Assembly (NCBI GenBank): GCA_945873095.1 | Contig: CAMCBU010000010.1 | Span: 9,574 to 73,573 of the forward strand | Source: Klebsiella pneumoniae | GTDB taxonomy: Bacteria > Pseudomonadota > Gammaproteobacteria > Steroidobacterales > Steroidobacteraceae | Length of the DNA stretch: 64,000 nucleotides | Direction: 5' to 3' | In this document: positions 9,929 through 19,445 of the stretch, piece after piece | Layout: every line of letters starts with the position of its first letter | Position numbering within the stretch: position 1 is the first letter of the stretch | Position numbers and translations under genes: made by a program | The notes under the pieces: generated by a model | Told to the model about the DNA's origin: nothing | The model's input: only the letters and a program-made list of their open reading frames with translations | Database searches by the model: none

Positions 9929-10705
9929 ATGCAAGACCCTATCAAGAGCTTTCGTCTCGACGGCAAAACCATCTTGATCACGGGTGCCTCCAGCGGCATC
10001 GGTGCGATGCTCGCGCGTCAGTTCGCGGCGGCGGGCGGGCGTGTCGCCTTGGCGGCAAGAAGGGTCGAACGCTTGCAAGCGCTGGCTGACGAATTGAAAA
10101 CGGCGGGTGCTGCCGTGACGATGGTCGCACTCGATGTGACGCGAACCGACACGATCGCCGGCGCGCTTGCACAAATCGAAGCAGAGTTGGGTATCGTCGA
10201 TGTGCTCGTCAATAACGCGGGCGTGGCGCAGCCGGCCGCCTTTCTGAAGACCTCAAGTGAGACGCTCGACTCGACCATGGCGACGAATTTCACCGCCGCC
10301 TGGAATCTCACGGCTGAGGTCGCCAAGCGACTGGTCGCGGCCAAGCGCGGCGGTAGCGTGATCAACATCGCCTCGGTTCTTGGTCTCGGTGTCGGCTCGG
10401 GTTACTCTGCCTACTCGGCCTCCAAGGCTGCCTTGATTTCTTTGACGCGCAGTCTGGCACTCGAGTTCGTTCGCTACGGCATTCGGGTCAACGCGCTAGC
10501 GCCGGGCTGGTTCGTCACCGAGATGAACGAGGCCTATTTCGCGACCGATGCAGGTCGTGATTATCTCAAGCGCATTCCGCCGGCTCGCGCGGGCGACTTG
10601 AGCGAACTGGTGGGACCCGCCCTGCTGCTCGCCTCGGATGCCGGCTCGTACGTCAACGGTGTTGTGTTACCCGTCGACGGGGGGCACCACGTCGCCTTGG
10701 TTTGA
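9929..10705 (+). CDS. SDR-family oxidoreductase
   Basis: Rossmann motif TGASSGIG and catalytic YSASKAA. ATG at 9929; the ORF-track start at 9905 is a TTG. Confidence 0.88.
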   Translation: MQDPIKSFRLDGKTILITGASSGIGAMLARQFAAAGGRVALAARRVERLQALADELKTAGAAVTMVALDVTRTDTIAGALAQIEAELGIVDVLVNNAGVAQPAAFLKTSSETLDSTMATNFTAAWNLTAEVAKRLVAAKRGGSVINIASVLGLGVGSGYSAYSASKAALISLTRSLALEFVRYGIRVNALAPGWFVTEMNEAYFATDAGRDYLKRIPPARAGDLSELVGPALLLASDAGSYVNGVVLPVDGGHHVALV

Positions 10706-11701
10706 TTCAGGCTGGGTTGTTTCGGGCTGATTTGTTTCGGGTTGATTTGTTTCGGTGGGGCTGGTGTCTTCGGGTAGCAACTCCAGCCCGATGATCACGG
10801 GGATGCCGCGCGCCTCTCGCAACGCTTCGAGTGCGATATCCCAATTGATCACGACTTCCGACGCGCCGAGCAAGGCGTCGAGTTTCCCCTCAAAATTTTC
10901 GAGCGAAACCGTCGTCGCACGACCCTGATCGTCGATCGGCGGATGTACCTCGAGCCACACCTCACCATCGATCTTGGTCATCTTGACGGGCTCATCGATC
11001 AGCGTGACCTTGGTTCCAATTGGCACGCGCTCAAAGAGAGTCGCGATGTCCTCGGGATACATGCGTAAGCAGCCGTGAGTCACCGCCATGCCGACGGCAT
11101 CCGGATTGTTCGTACCATGAATGAGATACGAGCCACCCGGTATCGCCAGACGCATGGCGTGTGCCCCCAAAGGATTGTCACGCCCAGGCGGAACCACGCT
11201 CGGTAACGGCGGCTCGCCCAAGCGTCGCCGTTCTTCGTGAACCGATTCGGGTGGAGTCCAACTCGGATTTTGCTGTTTGCGTACGATCTTGGTCGAGCCA
11301 ATCGGCGTGCGCCAATCCATCTTGCCGACACTCACCGGATAGGTCAGCACCGTCGCCGGTTCGTTCTGCTTGGGCGTTGGAAAATAGTACAGACGATGCT
11401 CCGGCAGGTTGACGACGATGCCCTCGCGCTCACCCGGCGGCAACAAGCGCTGCCCGGGGATGAGAATCTCGGTGCCTTCGCCGGGTAACCACGGATCCAC
11501 GCCCTGATTGACGCGCAGCAACTCTTCTAAGCCCAAGCTGTAACGGCGCGCAACTTGGATCAGCGTGTCTTCGTAACGGGTACGAATACGTTCGACCTGT
11601 CCGAAGATGTCTGCACCGTCCTCCCGCAGCGGGTACTCCGTCGCCCAAGCCGACCCGAGACAGCTGATCACCCAGAATAGATAACCGATCGATCGACGCA
11701 T
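10667..11701 (-). CDS. L,D-transpeptidase (YkuD domain) with LysM domain and signal peptide
   Basis: Signal peptide MRRSIGYLFWVISCLGSAWA, a LysM-like segment (DTLIQVARRYSLGLEELLRVN) and the YkuD catalytic motif HGT...THGCLRM. The C-terminus carries a PETNQ pentapeptide repeat. Confidence 0.88.
   Translation of the reverse strand: MRRSIGYLFWVISCLGSAWATEYPLREDGADIFGQVERIRTRYEDTLIQVARRYSLGLEELLRVNQGVDPWLPGEGTEILIPGQRLLPPGEREGIVVNLPEHRLYYFPTPKQNEPATVLTYPVSVGKMDWRTPIGSTKIVRKQQNPSWTPPESVHEERRRLGEPPLPSVVPPGRDNPLGAHAMRLAIPGGSYLIHGTNNPDAVGMAVTHGCLRMYPEDIATLFERVPIGTKVTLIDEPVKMTKIDGEVWLEVHPPIDDQGRATTVSLENFEGKLDALLGASEVVINWDIALEALREARGIPVIIGLELLPEDTSPTETNQPETNQPETTQPESNQGDVVPPVDG
10699..10758 (-). repeat. 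4 x 15-bp tandem repeat encoding (P-E-T/S-N/T-Q)4 at the L,D-transpeptidase C-terminus
   Basis: The units are ggtttgattcaggct / gggttgtttcgggct / gatttgtttcgggtt / gatttgtttcggtgg. Confidence 0.85.
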
Positions 11702-11718
11702 GCCGCTATTGTAGCCAT

Positions 11719-11738
11719 GGCGCTCTGGCCAGAGCGCC
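11719..11738 (-). terminator. perfect 20-bp palindrome between the HDOD gene and the L,D-transpeptidase gene
   Basis: GGCGCTCTGGCCAGAGCGCC lies immediately after the HDOD TAA. There is no U-tract, so it is a possible terminator, processing site or operator. Confidence 0.35.
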
Positions 11739-11739
11739 T

Positions 11740-12597
11740 TTAGAGCAGCACGCGATCGAGCGAGCCACCGTCACCGGCGATCTGTTGCAGCACATACGCC
11801 AGATCCAAGCGAAACAAACCGAGTCTCTGGCAAGCGCGCGACGCCGCCAATTGCAGCGCCAACTCGGCAGGTTCACCGCGCAACTGTGCAAAGATCACCG
11901 CTGCATGCAACAGATCCGCGAGCGTTGCGTGACTGCGCAACGCCTCGTCGGCAGCCTCGTGGCCGCTCACAGCCTCGGCGACTTGCGCGCCAAGTCCCCA
12001 CTGCGCGAGCAGTTTTGCAGCGGCAGCGGCATGCCACGCCCGTACGATGTCATCCAACAGCGAGCCGTCATCGGCCAACTCCGGATAGAGCGCGGACTCT
12101 GCGAGGAGGTAAATCTTGCCGACCCCGTGCATCAGGCCACCAAGCATCGCAAGCTCCGGATCGAGTTGCCGATGCTCGGCGCGCAGCTCGGTTGCCAACA
12201 GGTGCGAAAAGGTCGCGACGATCGTGCTGCTCTGCCAGACATCACCGATTCGATACTGCACGGGCCGCAGCTGCTGTGCCGCGCGGATCTGCATCACCGC
12301 AAACGCGAAAATCACCCCGCGCAGCGCACGCAGCCCGATCCGGGTAATCGCACTGCGCACGTCCGTGATCGTCCGGCCGCCTGAACGATAAGCAGCCGAG
12401 TTCGCCATGCCGATGACGCGGACCGCGAGCGCCGCCTCATGAGTGACGATGCGCGCGATATCGTTGACGGAGACAAACTCGCTATCGAGATGACGGATCA
12501 GCTCGTTGGCCACTTCGGGGAAACAGGCAATTTCGAGACCGCCCTGATCAACTTGACGCTTGATTCGATCGACAAACTCGTAGCCGCGCTGGGTCAC
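11740..12597 (-). CDS. HDOD domain-containing signalling protein
   Basis: 285 aa with the HDOD-type motif GLMHGVGKIYLL. Its GTG start overlaps the stop of the upstream DUF2802 gene (GTGA). Confidence 0.8.
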   Translation of the reverse strand: MTQRGYEFVDRIKRQVDQGGLEIACFPEVANELIRHLDSEFVSVNDIARIVTHEAALAVRVIGMANSAAYRSGGRTITDVRSAITRIGLRALRGVIFAFAVMQIRAAQQLRPVQYRIGDVWQSSTIVATFSHLLATELRAEHRQLDPELAMLGGLMHGVGKIYLLAESALYPELADDGSLLDDIVRAWHAAAAAKLLAQWGLGAQVAEAVSGHEAADEALRSHATLADLLHAAVIFAQLRGEPAELALQLAASRACQRLGLFRLDLAYVLQQIAGDGGSLDRVLL

Positions 12598-12956
12598 TCC
12601 GCACCTCGTCCGTGTAATCTGCGTACGAGTTCAGCCTCATCCTCGGTCATCCCGCAGGCACGCATCAACTCCTCGGCGCTGGCGCCCGCAGCGGCCAGAC
12701 GGGGCGCGAGCTCGGCACCGATCGGCGCGATCGACGGTGGCGGTGCGACTTGACGGGTGCGTTCGAGCACAGCGCGCATCTCCACTTCGAGACGATCGAG
12801 ACGTGGCCGCGACGCTGCCCCTTGCTCGGACAGCGCTTGCACGCGCTGCTGCAGATCGTGCAGCACTCGCGCGTTACCACGCCAGAAGAGCAGCCAGCCC
12901 ACCATGCCGCCGATCGACACCGCGCTCAGTAGAACCAACCAGAGTGTTGTCATCAT
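12594..12956 (-). CDS. DUF2802-type membrane protein associated with flagellar clusters
   Basis: One N-terminal TM helix, a coiled segment and the C-terminal motif ELMRACGMTEDEAELVRRLHG. It sits directly after motD, as in Pseudomonas/Vibrio clusters. ATGA overlap with motD. Confidence 0.7.
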   Translation of the reverse strand: MMTTLWLVLLSAVSIGGMVGWLLFWRGNARVLHDLQQRVQALSEQGAASRPRLDRLEVEMRAVLERTRQVAPPPSIAPIGAELAPRLAAAGASAEELMRACGMTEDEAELVRRLHGRGAE

Positions 12957-13843
12957 GGCGGCGGCGGACCGACGGCATTGAGTTGCGCCTCGACACGAGG
13001 CGACGATGGACGCGGGGCGCTCGGCGGTGCAATGGAATAGAGTCCGCGACGCAGTCTCTCGGGTTCGAGTATGGCGAGGATGACTCGACGATTCGCCGCA
13101 CGACCCTCGGTCGTTTCGTTCGTTTGCAACGGCCGTTGCTCGCCATAACCCAGCACCGTCATCTGTGAGGGTGCAACGCCATTTTCGCTGAGCAACTTCA
13201 ACACCGATGCCGCTCGAGCGGCAGATAACTCCCAGTTGCTCGGAAACTGGGTCGTGTTGATCGGGACATTGTCGGTATGTCCCTCGATGAAGATCGGGTT
13301 GTTGATATCCGCCAAGGCCACTCCAACCGTCTGCATCAAAGCGATCGCCTCCGCGGATAGCGTCGCCGAGCCTGAGGGAAAGAGCACGTCATTCTGTATT
13401 TCAACCTCGAGCCAGTCCTTGTGCTGCCGGATGATGACTTTGTCGATCATCACCAATTTGGCCATAGCCTGCGCCATCCGATTGGCCAAGGTCGACAGAT
13501 CCGCGGCTTGCTGCGCTGACAACCCACGGGTGGTTCGCCCTGGCGCGGGCGGCGCCCCGGCTTGCGACTCACTTTCGGGCATCGTGACCAGATCCGTGGT
13601 GGGTATCCCCTCGCGAACCTCGACCGTGATGGGCATGTCGCGTTGCGGTTCACCACGAAACGCGGCCATCAACGCCTCGGACATCACGCGATACTTACCC
13701 GTATTCAGACTCGACACCGAATACATGACAACGAAGAAGGCCAGCAGCAAAGTCACCAAGTCGCCATAGGGTATCGCCCATGCCTCATGGTTGACGTGAT
13801 CGTCACCGCCGCGTTTTTTACCTCGACCACCACCGCCACTCAT
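12953..13843 (-). CDS. motD: flagellar stator protein MotD (MotB/OmpA family)
   Basis: TM plug region AIPYGDLVTLLLAFFVVMYS and a C-terminal OmpA-like PG-binding region (IEGHTDNVPI...NRRV). Follows motC. Confidence 0.92.
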   Translation of the reverse strand: MSGGGGRGKKRGGDDHVNHEAWAIPYGDLVTLLLAFFVVMYSVSSLNTGKYRVMSEALMAAFRGEPQRDMPITVEVREGIPTTDLVTMPESESQAGAPPAPGRTTRGLSAQQAADLSTLANRMAQAMAKLVMIDKVIIRQHKDWLEVEIQNDVLFPSGSATLSAEAIALMQTVGVALADINNPIFIEGHTDNVPINTTQFPSNWELSAARAASVLKLLSENGVAPSQMTVLGYGEQRPLQTNETTEGRAANRRVILAILEPERLRRGLYSIAPPSAPRPSSPRVEAQLNAVGPPPP

Positions 13844-13846
13844 GAC

Positions 13847-14593
13847 TCAGTCCTTCACCAGATAGCCTTGCAGCTTCGCCTCGATGATGCGCGGATTTTC
13901 ACCCTCGGCGATCGCTGCAAGACCATCGATGATGAGGCCGCGAACATGCGCACGACCATTGGCGATTTCTTTGAGCTTGGCGGCCGCGGGCAACATCAAG
14001 AGATTGGCGAGACCGATTCCGTAAATCGTCGCGGTGAAAGCCGCTGCGATACCGGCACCTAATTTTGAGGGGTCTTCGAGATTCTGCATGACGGCCATCA
14101 AACCGAGCACGGCGCCGATGATACCCAAAGTCGGTGCGTACACACCCATACCCTCATAGACCTTGGCACCCGAAATGTCGACGGCATAGCGGGCGTCACT
14201 CTCGATTTCGAGTACTTTACGGACCGTATCTGGCGATGTGCCGTCATAGACGAGCTCGAGCCCACGCTTGATGAAGGCGTCGCTCTCGTTGGCGATCTCG
14301 CCTTCGAGCGCTAGCAGACCTTTGCGCCGAGCGGACTTGCTCCACTCGACGATCCGAGCGATGAGCGCCTTCTCGTCGTCGTGCGGCGGCTTGAGCAACC
14401 AGGGAGCCATCTGCCGCGCCCGCATGACCGCCGCCATCGATGCGTGAACACAAATGGATGCCAGCGTGCCGACGATCACGATCATGAAGGCGGCGCCGGA
14501 GAGCAGACCACCGAGCCCCGCACCCTTGAGCACGGCACCGACGGTCAGTGACAAGACCGCGAGGACCAGACCAATCGCAGTGAGTTTATCCAT
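13847..14593 (-). CDS. motC: flagellar stator protein MotC (MotA/PomA family)
   Basis: 248 aa MotA/TolQ/ExbB-type four-TM protein, paired with motD. Confidence 0.92.
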   Translation of the reverse strand: MDKLTAIGLVLAVLSLTVGAVLKGAGLGGLLSGAAFMIVIVGTLASICVHASMAAVMRARQMAPWLLKPPHDDEKALIARIVEWSKSARRKGLLALEGEIANESDAFIKRGLELVYDGTSPDTVRKVLEIESDARYAVDISGAKVYEGMGVYAPTLGIIGAVLGLMAVMQNLEDPSKLGAGIAAAFTATIYGIGLANLLMLPAAAKLKEIANGRAHVRGLIIDGLAAIAEGENPRIIEAKLQGYLVKD

Positions 14594-14598
14594 GGCGT

Positions 14599-15354
14599 TT
14601 AGTCACCGAACCGCAAAGAAATATCGTGAACGCCCTCATCACGCGCGCGCCAATCCGCCAACCGTGCCTTCAATCGCGACAACGCCTGTCCATGCAGTTG
14701 CGAGACACGCGACTCGGTCACACCGAGGACGAGGCCGATTTCTTTGAGGTTGAGCTCGTCTTGGTAATAAAGTGACATCACGAGTTTCTCGCGCTCGGGC
14801 AGACCATCGATCGCTCCGGCCAAAGCGACCCGAAAGCCGGAGTCGACGAGCGCTCGTAACGGATCGACCTGCTCATCGGCAGGATCCGCCCCCTCGATCT
14901 CCTCCAGACTCGACACGTAACTCGAGGACGAGTCCTGCACGATCTGGTGATACTCGTCGATCGACACGCCCAACTTGGCGGCGATCGCGGTCGGAGCGGC
15001 TTCCGCACCCGTCGTACTTTCGATGTCACGGATGGCATCGGAGACTTGACGAGCGCGGCGATGTACCGAGCGCGGTGTCCAATCGAGGCGCCGCAACGAG
15101 TCGAGCATCGCGCCGCGAATACGGATACCCGCGTACGTCTCGAAGGTGGCGCCCCGCCCGCTTTTGAATTGATTGGCGGCCTCCAGCAAACCGATCATCC
15201 CAGCCTGAATCAGATCATCGACCTCAACCGAGGGCGGTAACTTCGCACACAGGTGGTAGGCGATACGCCTCACCAGATCGCCGTGGCGGCGGATCAGTTC
15301 CTCCGCCGTGTGCTTCTGGCCAGCCACTTCCGCATATTGGGTCAGCGCGTTCAT
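14599..15354 (-). CDS. fliA: flagellar sigma factor sigma28
   Basis: Sigma70 region 2 (DLIQAGMIGLLEA) and the region 4 HTH (LKEIGLVLGVTESRVSQLH). Position after fleN. Confidence 0.95.
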   Translation of the reverse strand: MNALTQYAEVAGQKHTAEELIRRHGDLVRRIAYHLCAKLPPSVEVDDLIQAGMIGLLEAANQFKSGRGATFETYAGIRIRGAMLDSLRRLDWTPRSVHRRARQVSDAIRDIESTTGAEAAPTAIAAKLGVSIDEYHQIVQDSSSSYVSSLEEIEGADPADEQVDPLRALVDSGFRVALAGAIDGLPEREKLVMSLYYQDELNLKEIGLVLGVTESRVSQLHGQALSRLKARLADWRARDEGVHDISLRFGD

Positions 15355-16211
15355 TTGATCACCTGTAGTCGACGAGTTGGCGGAGCCACGAGCCGCTCAG
15401 TAAAAAATTCGATATGACCGCGCGAACCCGCAGGCGGTAACCACTCCGCTGCCGTTCGTGCGAGGCGCCGCAGTGCGAGCCCTGCGGGGCTGCCAGGGTA
15501 GGCCTCGACGACGGCACGTTGCTCGCGAATAGCCCGACGCATCTGATCGTCGTCGGGAATGTCACCCGCATGCTCGAGTACGACATCGAGAAAACGATGC
15601 GTCACCTTGAGCAACGTGGCGAAGAGTTGCGAGCCTGCACGCGTCGAGCGAGTCATGTTGGTCACGATCTTGAAATGGCGTAGCCCGTATTCGCTGCTCA
15701 GCACCTTGATGACGGCATACGCATCGGTGACGGAGGCGGGCTCATCGACCACCACCACGAGCACGTGCTGCGCCGCCAAGGTCAGCTGCAAACTGCCCGG
15801 GGCGATTCCAGCCGGGGTATCAACCACGAGTACGTCGAGCTCGTTGACGAGACTGCTGAAGGCCCGAACGATGCCAAGGTGTTCCGCCTCGCCGAGCGCA
15901 GACAACGCCGTTAAACCTGAGGCGCCGGCGACCAGCGAAAAGTTGCTTCTGATAGGCGTCACAACCTCTTCGAGACTGCGTTGACCACTGATGACCTCGG
16001 CCAAGGTATGGCGCGGAGTGACACCGAGCAGGATATCGGCGTTGGCGAGCCCCAAGTCGCCATCGAGCAGCAGCGTCTTGCGACCCTCGAGGGCAAAGAC
16101 GCTCGATAGGTTGATGCTCAAAGTCGACTTGCCCACGCCACCTTTGCCGCCGGTGACTGCGATCACCTGCACCGGGCGCCGGCGTACGGCAAGTGGCTCC
16201 TCACGCGACAT
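15351..16211 (-). CDS. fleN: MinD/ParA-type flagellar number regulator FleN (FlhG)
   Basis: Deviant Walker A VTGGKGGVGKST. Sits between flhF and fliA with overlapping stops and starts. Confidence 0.93.
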   Translation of the reverse strand: MSREEPLAVRRRPVQVIAVTGGKGGVGKSTLSINLSSVFALEGRKTLLLDGDLGLANADILLGVTPRHTLAEVISGQRSLEEVVTPIRSNFSLVAGASGLTALSALGEAEHLGIVRAFSSLVNELDVLVVDTPAGIAPGSLQLTLAAQHVLVVVVDEPASVTDAYAVIKVLSSEYGLRHFKIVTNMTRSTRAGSQLFATLLKVTHRFLDVVLEHAGDIPDDDQMRRAIREQRAVVEAYPGSPAGLALRRLARTAAEWLPPAGSRGHIEFFTERLVAPPTRRLQVIK

Positions 16212-17340
16212 CGCGGAACCTCGAGTCGGTTGAGTTCACGTGGTTGGCATCAAGACCGTTTACTCGCGTGGCTTGGGTGATCAATACGTCGGCCTGGGCG
16301 GGTCGCAGGTCGTCCAACAATCTTGCGCCACTCAACGTATAGGCCAGTGGCAGTTGCGACTCGATGAGCGCAGAGACCAAACTACCGAGCGCTGCGGCCT
16401 CATCAAGGTGGGTTGCGATACCCACTGACGCACCGAGCTGCTGAAAGGCCGTGAGGGATTCGGTCAGCGCTGCCGCCTGCAGCGTCGCAGGCAGCGTGAT
16501 CGCATATTCGAGTTCGTGCGCACAGGCCGAGAGACCGGCGCAATGCGCCGCAAAGTCGGTCTGTCTCGGATTACGCCCGGCTGTATCGACGAGGACCAGT
16601 TTGTAATCCCGTAGACGATCGAGTGTTGCACGCAACGATGCGAAGTCCGGGACCACCACGACGGGCGTGCCCAGCAATCGACCGAGGCGCTGTAGTTGCT
16701 CGACGGCGCCGAGCCGTGACTCGACGCAACTGACCATGACGGCCTCGCGGGCGCCATTGCGCATCACCCATCGCGCGGCCACGGCCGTGAGGGCGGTGGT
16801 CTTGCCTGAGCCGGCGGGGCCTACGAAGGCCACACGAGCACCATCTTCGATCCAGCGGTCGCCGGTGACCGGCAAGCGCTGGACCAACTGCTCCCGCGCC
16901 AGCGTTCGAACAACCGAGAGTTGGTCGGTGGCGGGCAACGCGCCCAAGATGCGACTCAGCAATTCGCGATCGAATCCGAGTTGCATCCATTCGCGTGACA
17001 ACTCGGTGATAGCCGGTGAGCGACGCGTCAGATCATTCCACGCCAGTGCCGCCAATTGAGTTTCCAGCAATCGTCGTAGCGCACGCAGTTCGTCGTCCAA
17101 CGCCTCGACCCGCGCATCGGCCGCCGGATTTTTGACGACCTGCTCGACGGGTCTAGCCTGCTTGGCTGCCAACGCATTGGCGCGCGCTAGCTCTGCGGTC
17201 GCGTGGTCGGCAGCGACGGTGAGCTCGATTTGATCCCTCACCCGCCGACTCGAGAGGATCACGACATCATCGCCATGCACCTCCCGTGCTGCTTTAAAAG
17301 CGCTTTTCATGTCAGAAGCTACATAGCGTCGGATGTTCAT
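16201..17340 (-). CDS. flhF: SRP-type GTPase FlhF (polar flagellum placement)
   Basis: N-terminus MNIRRYVASDMKSAFKAAREVHGDDVVIL; G-motifs GPAGSGKTT and DTAGR. Confidence 0.93.
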   Translation of the reverse strand: MNIRRYVASDMKSAFKAAREVHGDDVVILSSRRVRDQIELTVAADHATAELARANALAAKQARPVEQVVKNPAADARVEALDDELRALRRLLETQLAALAWNDLTRRSPAITELSREWMQLGFDRELLSRILGALPATDQLSVVRTLAREQLVQRLPVTGDRWIEDGARVAFVGPAGSGKTTALTAVAARWVMRNGAREAVMVSCVESRLGAVEQLQRLGRLLGTPVVVVPDFASLRATLDRLRDYKLVLVDTAGRNPRQTDFAAHCAGLSACAHELEYAITLPATLQAAALTESLTAFQQLGASVGIATHLDEAAALGSLVSALIESQLPLAYTLSGARLLDDLRPAQADVLITQATRVNGLDANHVNSTDSRFRDVA

Positions 17341-17351
17341 CGGCCGTTACC

Positions 17352-19445
17352 TCAAGTGCCAATCGTGCTGACGAGGCGCACGCGGCGGTTATCCGGAATC
17401 TCGTTCCACGCCACCACATGCATCTGCGGAACAGATGCACGCAAGAACCGCGCCAGCACCGGGCGTAAACTCGGTGACACCAACAGAATCGCGGCTTGTC
17501 CGAGCTGCTCCTGACGCCCCGCAGCATCGGCGAGACGGCTCTGCAAGCGCTCGGCTAGACCGGGCTCAAGCCCCGGCGTAGACGCACTGCCGGTCACCGA
17601 GTTCGTGAGCATTTGCTCAAGACCGCCATCGAAGGTCACCACCGGGACCTCGGTGGAGTTACCCGCGATGTCCTGGATGATTTGTCGCGACAGCGCGATG
17701 CGCACCGAGGCGATGAGCTGTTGGGGATCGCTGTTGCGCGGCGCGTGCTCGGCGATGCATTCGAGAATGCTGCGCAGGTTGCGGATCGAAACGCGCTCGG
17801 ACAACAACCCTTGCAACACCTTCACGACGACGCTGAGCGGCACCACTTTGGGAACGAGGTCTTCGACGAGCTTTGGTGAGGTCTTCGCGAGGTTGTTGAT
17901 GAGGGCTTGCACCTCTTCATGCCCGAGGATCTCGTGGGCGTGTTGACCGATGATCTGGCTCAAGTGCGTCGCCAAGACGGTGGTCGCATCGACGACGGTG
18001 TAGCCGAGCGACTGCGCCTGCTCGCGACTGCCACCCTCGATCCAAAAGGCTTCCATGCCGAAGGCGGGATCGCGGGTCTCGATTCCGTCGATCAAACCAA
18101 ACACTCGACCGGGATTGATGGCGAGTTCACGATCGGGCATCAACACCGCCTCGCCTAGCGGCACGCCCGCTAGCGATATCCGATACGCATTCGGCGCGAG
18201 CTCGAGGTTGTCGCGGATGTGCACCGGTGGAATCAGAAAGCCGAGCTCCTGCGACAGCTTGAGTCGCACACCGCGAATGCGCGGCAACAACTCACCGCCC
18301 TGCTCTTTGTCGACGAGCGCCACCAATCGATATCCCACCTCGAGACCGATCGGATCGACGGGACGGACGTCTTCCCAGCTCAATTCTTTCTTCTCGTTGC
18401 TGACGGGCGCTTCGACAACCGACGTCGCCCGACGCGAAGCGGCCTCGCGCGCCAGTCGTCCCGCCATCACGCGCGAGGCGAACATGCACACGGCGGCCAT
18501 GCCTAAGAAAACTAGATTTGGCATCCCCGGAATGATGCCGAGCAATCCCATGACACCGCCTGCGATCGCGAGCAGTCGCGGATCACCGACAAGCTGACGC
18601 GACACCTCACCGCCCATGTCTTGATCGCGCGACATGCGCGTAACGATCACCGCGACAGCGGTCGATAGCAGCAACCCGGGGATTTGCGCGACCAATCCAT
18701 CGCCGATCGTCAGCAGTGTGTAGACCTCGGCGGCATCACCCAAACTCATGTCGTGCATCAACGGTCCGATCGCCAACCCACCGAGCAGGTTGAGCAAGAG
18801 AATCAGGATGCCGGCGATCGCATCGCCGCGAACGAATTTGCTCGAACCATCCATGGAGCCGTAGAAGTCAGCCTCGGCGCGAACCTCTGCCCGGCGCAGC
18901 CGCGCCTCGTCTTGCGTGATGAGCCCGGCGTTCAGGTCGGCGTCGATCGCCATCTGCTTACCCGGCATCGCATCGAGCGTGAACCGAGCAGTCACCTCAG
19001 AGACACGCCCCGCACCCTTGGTGATCACCACGAAATTGATGATCGTCAGAATGATGAAAACGACGATACCGACCGCATAGTTCCCGCCGATCACGAACTC
19101 CCCGAAGGACTCGATGACATGCCCGGCTGCAGCGGTCCCGGTATGGCCATCCATCAAAACCACGCGAGTCGAGGCGACGTTCAGTGCGAGGCGAAAGATC
19201 GTCGCCATCAACAGCACGGTGGGGAAGATCGCGAACTCGAGTGGCTTTCTGACCGAAAATACGGCGATCAACACCATGACCGACAGTGCGATATTGAACG
19301 TGAACAACACGTCGAGAACGAATGGCGGTAGCGGGAGCACCACCATCGCGAGCATCGCGAGGATCACGGCGGGGACCGTGATCGAGTTGGTCAACAGATC
19401 GCGCAGTGGCAGTGCACCGAGCGTTGCGTTGTTAGCATCAGCCAT
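17352..19445 (-). CDS. flhA: flagellar export gate protein FlhA
   Basis: 697 aa FHIPEP family protein with the motif VSEVTARFTLDAMPGKQMAIDADL. Confidence 0.97.
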   Translation of the reverse strand: MADANNATLGALPLRDLLTNSITVPAVILAMLAMVVLPLPPFVLDVLFTFNIALSVMVLIAVFSVRKPLEFAIFPTVLLMATIFRLALNVASTRVVLMDGHTGTAAAGHVIESFGEFVIGGNYAVGIVVFIILTIINFVVITKGAGRVSEVTARFTLDAMPGKQMAIDADLNAGLITQDEARLRRAEVRAEADFYGSMDGSSKFVRGDAIAGILILLLNLLGGLAIGPLMHDMSLGDAAEVYTLLTIGDGLVAQIPGLLLSTAVAVIVTRMSRDQDMGGEVSRQLVGDPRLLAIAGGVMGLLGIIPGMPNLVFLGMAAVCMFASRVMAGRLAREAASRRATSVVEAPVSNEKKELSWEDVRPVDPIGLEVGYRLVALVDKEQGGELLPRIRGVRLKLSQELGFLIPPVHIRDNLELAPNAYRISLAGVPLGEAVLMPDRELAINPGRVFGLIDGIETRDPAFGMEAFWIEGGSREQAQSLGYTVVDATTVLATHLSQIIGQHAHEILGHEEVQALINNLAKTSPKLVEDLVPKVVPLSVVVKVLQGLLSERVSIRNLRSILECIAEHAPRNSDPQQLIASVRIALSRQIIQDIAGNSTEVPVVTFDGGLEQMLTNSVTGSASTPGLEPGLAERLQSRLADAAGRQEQLGQAAILLVSPSLRPVLARFLRASVPQMHVVAWNEIPDNRRVRLVSTIGT

